Positions 50,826 through 61,722 of a stretch of DNA of 64,000 bases are shown piece by piece; within the stretch, counting starts at the first letter, position 1; each line of letters begins with the position of its first letter. The translations under genes and the position numbers were made by a program. Origin of the DNA: Asterias rubens (lineage: Eukaryota); assembly GCF_902459465.1 (NCBI RefSeq), contig NC_047070.1, positions 19,468,001 to 19,532,000 on the forward strand, read 5' to 3'. The notes beneath the pieces were generated by a model, which saw nothing but the letters and a program-made list of their open reading frames with translations, searched no databases and was not told the origin of the DNA.

Positions 50826-53800
50826 TCAAAAGTGTTCAGCCGGACTTAATAATGAAATAACTCTCACATTTGGCTTATTGTTAATTTTTTTTTTTAATTT
50901 TTATGATTATTTTTTCAGAAAAGTCCTTTGATTTCCAATTAAGACTATGCCGAATGACGAGGATGAATCGTGATGTAAACAGGGTTGCTGTAAATCAGTG
51001 TGGGCGTCATAAGCAATGGTCAGTCATGTGAAACAGATACTAATATTGTTACATAGTGTAAGGTCGTATCCAAGGGATACAAAGACCTAACAACCACACA
51101 GATGTGTTTACATTGGTTGTGACTACCGCTCTTAGCAATGACAACATTTACGCGCGGTTGCTAAGACGTTATGTAACATTGTTTAACATCTTTGTTCTCG
51201 GGCGACCTGCAGAGTGTACACGTGACGTGTGCACGTAGCCTACATCAAATTAGTATTTTGTAATGTCAGAAATTAATATTGGAGATTCTGTTTATTTTAA
51301 GACAGAATATCAATTATGACAATAATGGAGTAACGCAAATTTTGAAAACCCTAATTTAGAAAGGTCTCGCGAAGTCGAGTTAACCAGCATTCGTTATTTT
51401 GCCACAAATATTAACTTGTTGTATTTTCGAATTGTTAATTTCTCAGTCTCTTCCCCCTGTTCCTGTTAAACATACAACTATTAGCATTAACATAACTTAT
51501 CAGAACAAACTTGTCTTTTCTCTACAATCTTAGGTTTCTTGTGGTTTGCCAAAGTAAAAAACAAGGTTATTTTTTGTAGTATCCTTTAATGATCTCATTA
51601 GGGAAAAACACATGTTATAGGGCGGTAGGCTATAATTTTAAAGGAGGTTTGGGCAGGAAGCATTTTGTAACAAATAATTGAATTTTCTAATGATATATTT
51701 ATCAATCTGTACATCTGTAGCGTCTTGTGACTTGACCATCAAACAGCGACCACAAAAAAGTCAATATGTTACTTCGGGACCATTGGGTCTATGGGCGGGC
51801 CAACGGGTTCCCCTTCAACTCCCCTGACTGCCCGGAGTACGGGCCAACGCTAAGCTCTCTTTGTTAGAAGACGAGGCCGGTCGATCGCCGATCAATACGG
51901 GGCGATCTTCGCGCTATGTATGGCACAATTCACGCAAATGTAACTACATATGTTTGACTTTGCAGTGATACATTGAAATCAATTTCTTCGATTGGCTATA
52001 GTTAGAAGTTGTGATTTACGGGGGATGGAAGTGAGAATCGTTCTTTCTGTTGAATTGGAAAAGAGAATGAATTCTGAAGGAATCTCGATTCCAATATTAC
52101 ACGCTGGTTTAAGAGAGTACGCCATAAGAAAATCCAGATGACCAAAAAAAGCCTGAAGACTTTTTGAAACTCAAGGAATCTTAAATAACCAGTAAGAAAG
52201 TCTAAAACTTTATTTAGTTATATTTTAAATACTTAAATAGACATTGCATAACTCGAAGTAGACTTGTAAGTTGTATGTGTTCCTTTAGAAAACGCGCCTA
52301 AGTTGAAACGTTATTTTTGGGGCTTCAAATAATTTAACAACGTTACCAGTTGTAAGAAATAAATTCAATATTTTGACACTTACTTTTAGTTGTTTTATCT
52401 TTGTATATGTTGAACTGCTGAAGAACGATGATAAATTTGACAAGAAAATGTCCGGCGCTAAAACTACTTGAACGTGCTACTTCTTGGGATGTGTATTTCC
52501 AAATGTCGCAATAAGCTTTGCCGGGTGGGACGTACTTTGGTTGGACACGCTGTCCTGAACTCTAATGTTTGCTTAAGTTACCTCAAACACAGTGTCCAGT
52601 TGCCAAGTGACCCTTAGCAACCTCCAGCCTAACATCTGAGTCTCTAAGGGACATGCACACCACACATACAGACTGCATGATTGCACCGGGTAAATACAGG
52701 GGAAGACGCGTTGGGTAATCCTTAGGTAATTGTAAAGATGGTACCCGCTGGGGTTTTTGTTCATGGTATCATCCACCCCTTGCCGGCATGCAACAAAGTC
52801 ACTGAGTGGGTTTATCTGGGTTTATGATGCCCCTGTGCTGTGGTGATGAATAGGTAGGATTGACGTAGAATGGATCACTTCATACATGTTGCTAAGAAAT
52901 TAAACAACCAACAGAAACAAACTCAGTTTGCAGGAACCAACCACAGAATATAGCCCTACTTGGCTTAAGACGAACGGGATGTGGTTTTCAACTTTCTTCG
53001 AATCTTAGAGAAGAATGATGTTGCTTAGGCTACTTGTCATGTATTATGATTTTGTCTGTCAAATTATGGGTTTGCGGCATAATATGGGGCCTGTATATAT
53101 TATATATTTGTTGACCAAACCAACAGCGGACGAGCCGCCAATTACAGGAAAGGATAATACAAAAAATTAAAAATATTCATATATACTATATAAAATAATA
53201 CGTGGGCCTATGTACAAAGTTAACAATTAAAATAGAAACATCTTAGGAAAGAAAATTGAAGTAAAAATTTAGAAATAAAATAAATTAAATATCTGAATAC
53301 AGATGAAGTGCTATTATAGGGCCTCAGAATACATCTAGCTATATGTTATCAATTTTTCAGATTCTCCAGAATCCAAAGAAAGCCTTTGACACTACCATAC
53401 TCAATTCGTGCTTAAATGTTGTGGGAAAATAAGAGCGCAGTGTTTATACATTTAGGGTTAACTGATGAGGCAGCAATATTTTCCCGACACTAATTGATGC
53501 AATAATTGCACTCTAAGGAAATTACCAACAATACCTTTCTCTATATTGACTTAACATAATCGTTCTTTAAGAATCATCTGAAAACTTTCCAAACGTTTTG
53601 GGTTTCACAAATAGCGTAAATAGCCAGCCAGAGTGCAATAGGTAGTAACTATACATTGCTTCATGTTTTTGTGTTGTTTGACTGGGTTGGTTGTCGTCAC
53701 GTAATTTATGTGATTAATCAAATAAAACCTTCCCAAGATAAGAACACACCTGACTCGTGTATCAGATAATGATCCACACACCACCATGATGATAGATAGG

Positions 53801-53875
53801 CGTGACAACAAGGCTTGTTAAATTTGTCATAAGTGCAAAAGCTTTCTTTGAGCTAATTTTTTTTTTTTTTTTTTA

Positions 53876-54191
53876 TTAAAGGCAGTGGACACTATTTGTA
53901 ATTACTCAAAAAAAATAGCATAAAAACTTACTTGGTAACGAGTAATGGAGAGCTGTTGATAGTATAAAACACTGTGAGAAACGGCTCCGAACTGAAGTAA
54001 CGTAGTTTTCGAGGAAGAAGTATTTTTTCCACGAGTTTTATTTCGAGACCTCAGATTTAGAATTTAAGGTCTCAAAATCAACCATCTAAACGCACACAAT
54101 TTCGTGTGACAAGTTTTTTTTTTTTTTTCACAGGCTTTTAAGTGAGAAGACTGGTCTTTGACAAGTACCAAAAGTGTCCAGTGTCTTTTAA
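53876..54191 (+). mobile_element. MITE family A with an internal deletion
   Basis: Both ends present. Confidence 0.88.
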
Positions 54192-55008
54192 TACACGCCA
54201 TGAAACAAGTATACATAAAAACTTTTATTTAATGACTATTTACGAAACTTTTTTTTTTCAAGACCTACTTGTTTATAGATGCCGAAAATAGACGCGGACG
54301 GTATTTGTTCAAAGTGTCTGCAAACTGATGGCGTAACCGACGGGGAGTGTGGGAAGAGTGCTGCTCAGTGAGGAGCCCAACAACCCCAGAATGAGCTGAA
54401 ATCATAAATGAAATACCCATAAACGGATTAATAAATAATATTTTTTTAAAGAAAATTTCTTTTTGTACGCCATTGCAATACAAACACATACAAACGTTAT
54501 TTGGTGGCGTCTAGAAGCCATTTTTCGACTGAGATAGGGAGAAACTGAGTAAAGGGCATCCAGACAATTAAACCCCCATAAGAAGGAAATGACCAACAAT
54601 GTTTTACTTTGCCCTGTCCTTTTCCCAACATAATCCTAGATTTCAGTCTGCCTCATTCGCTAATTCCCACCATTTCATTCGCCCTTTGTTTGTCCACCCT
54701 TTTGTGATTCAACCAGCCCCTTGGCTGTACGCCTTTGGCACCCCCTCTATTGTCCATCCTGGGTCCTTGCTTCCCCCATCCCTTTCTCTTTCCACTTGGC
54801 TGCTTCACCTTACACATTCATCCTCTTATGTGTCTGGTTGCCTTCAAATAACTCTTCAAGGAAAGGGTCCAAACAGGTTCTATGGGCTCATGGAGCAATA
54901 AACTAGCTCAAACGTCGTTGGCCAATAACTATTGTGTGCATTTATTCCACAGGTTATTCTGTTTAGTCAACGGGTTGTAACCGATATTAATCTAAAAAAT
55001 AGTTAATG

Positions 55009-55047
55009 GCCTGACGTTTCTACCCTAGCAGAGTCTTTCTCGAAGGC
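55009..55047 (-). ncRNA. Second-family hammerhead-like motif (U3-A8 variant) in a 55-nt insert with a 12-bp flanking direct repeat
   Basis: GCCU-UCGAGAA-A-GACUC(UGCUA)GGGUA-GAAA-C-GUC^AGGC; GATATTAATCTA at 54983-54994 and 55050-55061. Confidence 0.45.
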
Positions 55048-55385
55048 TAGATATTAATCTAGTTTATCAAACTTTATTTATTACTGCCATCTTGATTTTC
55101 TTTGCGTACTCTCAAGAAACCACACTCAAACTGTATAAAGTATTGGATTAGAGGTTACCCCCTCTCTCCAGTGCAACAGAACGAACGAATGTCTCTTCCA
55201 TTCCTCATAAATCACAACTTCTAACTATAGCAAATCGAAGTAATTGATTGCAATGTTCAGTGCAAAAAGCAAACATAATAATGTACATGTAGTTGCACAT
55301 GACGCGAATGTGCCATAGATAGCGCGAAGGTCGCCCCGTATTGATCGGCGATCGACCGGCCCTCGTCTTAACAATTACACGAGAG

Positions 55386-55480
55386 CTTGGGTACGAGTTG
55401 ACTCGGGTACGAGTTGACTCGGGTACGAGTTGACTTGGGTACAAAATTTGGGGTACGAGTTGACTTGGGTACGAGTTGAC
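55386..55480. repeat. 16-bp tandem array (GGGTACGAGTTGACTY), about 5.5 copies
   Basis: Units at 55389, 55405, 55421 and 55437, resuming after a short interruption. Confidence 0.92.
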
Positions 55481-56184
55481 CTGTTACCATGCAGTGGTCC
55501 GTACTGGGGAACATGTTGACCCGCCCAGTACCTCAAGGTCCAAAGGTACACTATTATTTTATTTGATCTAAGAGGAATTTATCCCTCAATGCTTATCAAA
55601 CTTTCATTATCACCATGATAGGTAGCCACGATTTGCGTATTGTTTTCGACTGGGTGGCTGTCATAAATTTCTCAGAAAAACATTATTTTTAAAGCTTTTC
55701 ATATCCATCAGTTATTGTCACATTGATATTCGGCAACATTTGTAATAAGAAGTAATGTTTTATTGTTGATTGTTCTGTTTAATAGTACATTCATTGATCC
55801 ACTGGACTGCCACAGAGCGTTACCATGTACACAAATTACGTCACATAGAGACAAGGACACAAAATCATGCACTGATTATTCCAATCCAGCAACATTGAAT
55901 CCACAAATCAACATTGATTGTTGAAGATACTTTTATTGTATATAGTAGCCCTACAGGTAATTTTAATTGTCGACAAATACAAAAAGATTAAAGGTTTGCA
56001 GGTTAGTTTTTCTCCATAAAACTCCATACGGGACGATCGTGTAATACCCGTCTTTGTCGCTGAAGACCTCTTTTTGCCAATGGTCACGTGAGGGCGCCAG
56101 CATGACTGTTGGTGATTAATTGTTCATGATTTGCACCGTGCACACTGCACACAGTATGTAGTTGTTTCACTTTTGGTCATTCCC

Positions 56185-56540
56185 TTAAAGGCAGTGGACA
56201 CCATTGGTAACTACTCAAAATAATTATTGGCATAAAACCTTTCTTGGTGACGAGTAATGGGGAGGTTGATGGTATAAAACATTGTGAGAAACAGCTCCCT
56301 CTGAAGTGCCATAGTTTTAGAGAAAGACGTAATTTTCCACGAATTTGATTTCAACCATCTAAACACACACAACTTCGTGTGACAAGGGTGTTTTTTTCTT
56401 TCATTATTATCTCGCAAGTTCGATGACCGATTGAGCTAAAATTTTCACAGGTTTGTTATTTTATGCATATTATGTTGAGATACACCAAGTGAGAAGACTG
56501 GTCTTTGACAATTATTACCAATAGTGTACACTACCTGTAA
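56185..56540 (+). mobile_element. MITE family A lacking the internal hairpin
   Basis: GATTTC joined to AACCATC, so the GAGACCTC hairpin segment is deleted. Confidence 0.88.
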
Positions 56541-57028
56541 AACCTCTCAATAAGGACTGGCCTTAACCTCATCGGGACCTGGGAGGGGCGCAATGTTCAT
56601 CAACATTATTAGAGCTCACAGTCACCTCCGATCATTTGTTTCAACTTGTCCCAATACCCAGAGTTAATAGACATTATTAGTTGTTATACACCACTATCAG
56701 AATCTACTTAGCAGAAATAACAACTGTACTCCAAAGGGCCAGAACCTACATGGTAACTGTCAAGACTATCACACTGATTCTTTAAAAACATGTTTTGGGG
56801 ACGTAAACGCTTGCTAGTTTGAACAAAAAGTAACACAGTAAAACAAACTTCACTGTTAATTATACCATAATAGTTTTTGAGATAATTCATTATTTTTACA
56901 TTAACTTGTATTTTCGGTGATAGAAATAGAAGGGTCTAAAGCACAGATTTGTGTGGATGTGATTATAAGCGTGTACATGTGAACTACTTGATTGTACTAA
57001 AGATGCTGTTTAAAAATAGGTTTGGGAA

Positions 57029-57422
57029 TTAAAGAAACACGTTGCCTTGGATTGGTCGAGTTGGTCTTTCAAAAGCGTTTGTAATCGTTTGTTATGAAAT
57101 GTATATTATGGTTAGAAAGATGTTGATTCAAGTAGAGTACAATGACTCAATCAAATTTGGCTCGAAATTGCGTGGTTTTCCTTTTACTTTGCGAACTAAC
57201 ACGGTCGGCAATTAATTGAAGTCACCAATTTGACTCCCATAAATGGCCGACAGTGTTAGTCGACGAGGTAAAAGGAAAACCGTGCAATTTCGAGGCATGT
57301 GTGTGTGGATGATAGTATTCTACTTTTTCAACATCTTTCTACCCATACGCATTTTATAACAAACGGTTACAAACGCTTTTCAAAGACCAACTCGACCGAT
57401 CCAAGGCAACGAGTTCCTTTAA
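57029..57422. mobile_element. TTAA-type MITE family E
   Basis: TTAA-AGAAACACGTTGCCTTGGATTGGTCGAGTTGGTCTTT / AAAGACCAACTCGACCGATCCAAGGCAACGAGTTCCT-TTAA; inner arms AAGGAAAACC(G/A)(T/C)GCAATTTCGAG. Confidence 0.85.
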
Positions 57423-57782
57423 TGAATAGGCAGATCTACACACAGTTTGACTGAACTCAGTTTCATGGATCTTCTTACCCCCAGAATTCCACGATAACTC
57501 GGGAAGGGAGCCCAGTCCCTTTTAATTAAGGTGTCAAATTTGACAGCAGCATGATCGTTACCAGCCGAACGTAAACAATTAACCAGTTAATCAAAAAGTA
57601 ATTAGCACTTTTTCGCCCGTGTTTTAAAACAAGTCATTTCGGCAAGCTATTAATTGTTGATGTGTCATTAATATTAAACCGACTGAAATTATCAACTACG
57701 ACATCGGATAAGATAAGATATTCAAGATGCTCAACAAGAGTATAACATTATAGCTAATTCACATAAGGGATACACGCAAAGC

Positions 57783-58029
57783 ATAATAAATTCGCACAAA
57801 CCAAGACTGAAGCCCGGTTCATACTTCCTGCGAATGCGAATGCGAAGCGAATGTTGACGTCACAAAAATCGCAACGAATATTCGCAGCAGTTCAGCTTTG
57901 TTCAACTCACTTGCGAATATCGCTACGAAAGCATAGTTGTGACGTCAAACTCACGTCAAATTCGCTTCGCATTCGCATTCGCAGGAAGTATGAACCGGGC
58001 TTCAGTCTTGGTTTGTGCGAATTTATTAT
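57783..58029. mobile_element. Palindromic MITE (AGCCCGGTTCATACTTCCTGCGAATGCG ends) with inverted flanks
   Basis: About 70-bp perfect arms. Confidence 0.8.
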
Positions 58030-58183
58030 TATGAACGGGGCTTTAGAGTAAATAAAAATGTCGTATTGCCAATCATGTTGACTTGAAATCTTTATTAGAG
58101 AAGAGTGTATAGTCTACACACATTCCACCGTGTTTTAATCATTTTGAAATATGTGGGGCACCGTGTCCTCAATACGCATGTCC

Positions 58184-58197
58184 GTTACCATGGGAAC
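58184..58197. promoter_or_regulatory. RFX X-box (GTTACCATGGGAAC) in a CpG-rich patch
   Basis: Matches the RFX palindromic consensus. A forkhead-like TGTTTAC lies near 58504. Confidence 0.55.
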
Positions 58198-58905
58198 GGT
58201 AAACGGGACCGGGAGAAGTGTGGCCCGTCCGGAAAGGGAAAACAGCCGTATTTGAGGAGTGCTGGAAATATCGAGTAAATCATTACCCAAGTGTCATTAG
58301 AAAGGGCTGGGCTTATAATAGCACTGATTGCAAAATGGCTGGCGTGGAAACACAATAATGCTGTGCACGATGTCCCACCACTTTCATTGGTAATGTATAT
58401 ACCTCACCTTTTTTTTCTTCTCTTGTTCTGTTTGTTTCGCATGAATTACATAGATTATATGGGACTATGGTGTGAATCGTATGCTAACAATTCTTAACAT
58501 GGGTGTTTACATTGGGTCAAGATGGTACCAAGGTAACGGCGATGTGCATTTTGAAATCGATGTGCCGTGTTTTCTCATAGAGAATCGGATGTGTGATATT
58601 CATGCTGTATTTTGCAGATGTCTTCTTTATCAAAACTTGTTGAAAACACAGTACGTATTACAGGTCACATTGTTTGATGTTGTATACAAGTTGAAGCATT
58701 TCGATACTAAAATCAATCTAATTGACGGAATATAAACAAAATCATCTGCATTTGTCACCGAGTTTCAATATTGATTCGAGTAAAATTGAATCTTAAACTT
58801 GAGAGTTGCCCGCAAATCTATTCTATTGAAAACTCGACCTGAATTTGCTTACAACCAAATTAGGGTCGTTGTTGTCTGATTAAGAACTCCCTTTCACGAC
58901 CTTTA

Positions 58906-58951
58906 TGACGTCACGTTACTTTAATTTCCCCCATTACGTTCCCTAGGCAAC
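58906..58951. promoter_or_regulatory. CRE (TGACGTCA, 58906-58913) plus X-box (GTTCCCTAGGCAAC, 58938-58951), about 310 bp upstream of the 59263 ATG
   Basis: Direct motif match; promoter role is inferred. Confidence 0.55.
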
Positions 58952-59262
58952 ATCCACTATAGTGTCTCATCTACAACTGAAGTATGTTCGCCAATGTGAG
59001 GAGAGCAAACAACGCGGACCCGTGGCCACTTCAAGAAGATCAGAGTAACAATTCCTTTATGGAGAGGAGGAAAAAAACATCTCAAAAATACAGAAATGGA
59101 GAAAAAAAAGTATTACACGTTTGAGGTTGTTGTAATTTTGTGAGCCGTTAGCCGACATCGTGTCGCCCCTTCCGTCAATTCAAGGTGTGATTGATTGATT
59201 CATGCGCCATCTGTTGCGATCTACCTTTGTACCTTTGAAACAAACATACTAATAGTAACGCC

Positions 59263-60228
59263 ATGTCGTCGGAACAAGAACGAGACAGAGCAGCGCAAGA
59301 AAGCCGAAAGAGTAGCAGCGCCACACCTCGGCGCTCTGAAGCAATGGAGAAAACACTGGATCAGATTCGAGGCACAGTGACTGAAGTTACTGATGAATCA
59401 TTCAATAAAGCTTGGGATCGGGTCTATGGTAATAAAGAGTACAGACCCTCATGGGTTGGGAAGATCGATGAGGGAGGACGAGCACGTGGCTTGCCTCCTC
59501 CCAAGTCTCTCTACGTACCGGGGACGGGGAAACGCTCCAAACCTGCCGCTGCTTACTCATCTGAGCCAACTGATGAAGTCTCAGAGCCACTTAAGAAGAT
59601 CGTTGAGGAGACAGCTCCTAAACCGGAAACCAAACCAGTACCAGATGAGGTATTCAAATCCAAGCAGTACGCTGGGATTCCAGAGAAGTTTCGCGCCAAA
59701 CACGTCCCAAGCCCGCTGAAAATTGGCGGGAAAGTTGTTCCACAAGAACTAGAACTTGACACGTGGAAAGACGCCATTGCGACAGAGGAAGTTACCAGCG
59801 AAGGGAAACCAGTATTTAATAAAGTTGTGAAGCAAACCAACGTTGCTGGATGGATGGATCACAATAATTATTGGGAGGCACAGACGACCAGTCTTACTGC
59901 TACCGTTCCAAAGACAAGACGACGGCAGAAAAACAACCCTCAACACAAAGTAGTCACCGCAAACTATGACATGGTAGGAAAGTACGAAAACAAAGTCAGA
60001 CGTCAGGATTTGAAGCTGGGTGCTCGGGAACTTCCCGCTGAGAAGGAGTTAAAGAGATGGGGAGATGATTTGGATATTCCTGGCGATTTAGGAAGCACGG
60101 ATCACAGTGTCTCTGGTGGGACCAAGATGGAGACTAAGACCAGCTCACCAAGGAGGCAGAAGTGGAATGCCGTACTTAAACATTCTAACGTACCTGGGTT
60201 CTTCTCGCATAATAACTACTGGAAATGA
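59263..60228 (+). CDS. Uncharacterised 321-aa hydrophilic protein, intronless CDS, two copies of a 20-aa HNNYW motif
   Basis: Longest ORF in the window, GCCATG start context, locally higher GC, no Cys, no hydrophobic segment, and an internal peptide repeat with synonymous divergence. Confidence 0.88.
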   Translation: MSSEQERDRAAQESRKSSSATPRRSEAMEKTLDQIRGTVTEVTDESFNKAWDRVYGNKEYRPSWVGKIDEGGRARGLPPPKSLYVPGTGKRSKPAAAYSSEPTDEVSEPLKKIVEETAPKPETKPVPDEVFKSKQYAGIPEKFRAKHVPSPLKIGGKVVPQELELDTWKDAIATEEVTSEGKPVFNKVVKQTNVAGWMDHNNYWEAQTTSLTATVPKTRRRQKNNPQHKVVTANYDMVGKYENKVRRQDLKLGARELPAEKELKRWGDDLDIPGDLGSTDHSVSGGTKMETKTSSPRRQKWNAVLKHSNVPGFFSHNNYWK

Positions 60229-61644
60229 AGGGAGAACAATTATCAGTTTTGTTAATCCGTCCAGCACTAAGTTAGCTTTCAACATTGAGCGTTAATGATA
60301 TTATGCTAATATACTAAACTTGGCTAACAAATAAATCAAGCAAATAAACACATTAAGTTTATTTGGTAGATACAATGTATCGATCACAAAATCGCAATAT
60401 TCATACAATGGCAAAGCCTTGATTCGCTTTTGATTGTTAATCGATGGTCTAAAATCAAAAATAATATTGTGAGATTTTATTTGCAATTTTTCCTGCATTT
60501 GTACATACCGTTTGATTTTAAAATGGCAGTTTGGTGTATTCACGTATAACGTAGATTTCGTCCGTTTGATTTTGCATAGGAGACCACTGACAAATAGACA
60601 ATTATAAGACAATTTATCGAAGATATTCAGAGGCATTTCTTAGAGAAAGAGTGAGAGATGGAGTCAAAATTACGATAGCTCATAGTACAGTATATGGGCG
60701 ATGAAAATGTTTACCATGTCATTTTTCTCTAAGCGACTGATCATAATAATATGATTGAACTTCGGAACTGCGTGCTCTCGTATTAGGTCTTGATCTGGAA
60801 TGCTTAAGTTTCTTTGTGATTGGATGGGATGACCAACAGTGTCTTATAAGTGTCTTGGGTTTTCATCAAGTGGCGATGGAAATTAATTTCCAACAATACA
60901 GCTACTCTGGTCAAACTCCAATAAATAACAGAAAGTAATTGTCCAATAAGCCAGGCCGCAGCCAGGCCAACATCGTAGCCGCCTATATGGTCGCTGGCAG
61001 GATAACCTACCTGCCGAAAATTAATTGACGTTTCGATGAAACTGTGTCATTATTTAACACAGAAACGACTTCATAGTATTATACTAACTTGTTTGTCACT
61101 TATTCATTAAAAAGAATCGTTGTGGGATTTGTGAACTGCTTGACAAATCAATCAAAAGAAGGTACTACTTCAACTTGCCCGTATAACGCAATATAAGAAA
61201 TAGTATTTATGACTCAAAGGTCTTTACAGGGAATCAATTTGATTAAGCTTGATCCCACTTGTAAGTTGAGCATTTTGCAAGCTCATGGCCCGGGCTTATG
61301 ATAACCCAAGTTCAATCATTTTGACGAGTATCTTGTTGTTACCGTGTTTCCATTAGTCAATATATTTGTAAAACTAATTATTAGTTTCCATCTGAACTAG
61401 GGGAAGAACAAAAACCAATTAATTGTGTTTTTTGTCATGGATCATTCTACTTTACAAAATTTGACCTCGAAATTCGGCGACGTTTCTCTTAAGAACGGGT
61501 CGAGTACAATGTTTGAAACGTCAGGACTATTTCAATTCTGTCTTGAAAGTTACTATATGCACTTTTTTGCCAGTAATCTAATATTGTTTTTACACCAAGC
61601 TAAACTTCATACTTTAACGTTCAAAGTTATTATATCGAGACTAA

Positions 61645-61722
61645 AAATAATAATAATAATAATTATTATAATAACGAAAACTTATATAGCGCCAAAGTCC
61701 GCTCAAGGCGCTTCACATAGAC
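61645..61722 (-). mobile_element. L2-type LINE/SINE 3' tail with (TTA)n; a second tail at about 63490-63560(+)
   Basis: Minus strand GAAGCGCCTTGAG...GGCGCTATATAAG plus a microsatellite tail. Confidence 0.6.

Larger units (their letters stand above)
51775..55530. repeat. Diverged long inverted repeat pair (about 51775-52145 and 55085-55530)
   Basis: For example GGCCGGTCGATCGCCGATCAATACGGGGCGA vs its reverse complement at about 55330-55362, and GCTATAGTTAGAAGTTGTGATTTA vs 55207-55232. Confidence 0.85.

Noticed and set aside
54265-54901. Overlapping ORFs and a purine/pyrimidine-skewed tract
   Set aside because: No recognisable protein motif in any frame I read; could be UTR or decayed repeat but cannot be supported.
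9930-56417. Recurring short ORFs such as [10 protein letters not shown]...KITSFSKTT (9930, 15729, 31771, 32560, 34448, 56211)
   Set aside because: Chance frames within the minus strand of MITE family A; variable starts and stops, no domain.
61484-61527. CTTAAGA...GAAACGTCAGG hammerhead-like string
   Set aside because: Helix II does not pair; at best a very decayed copy.
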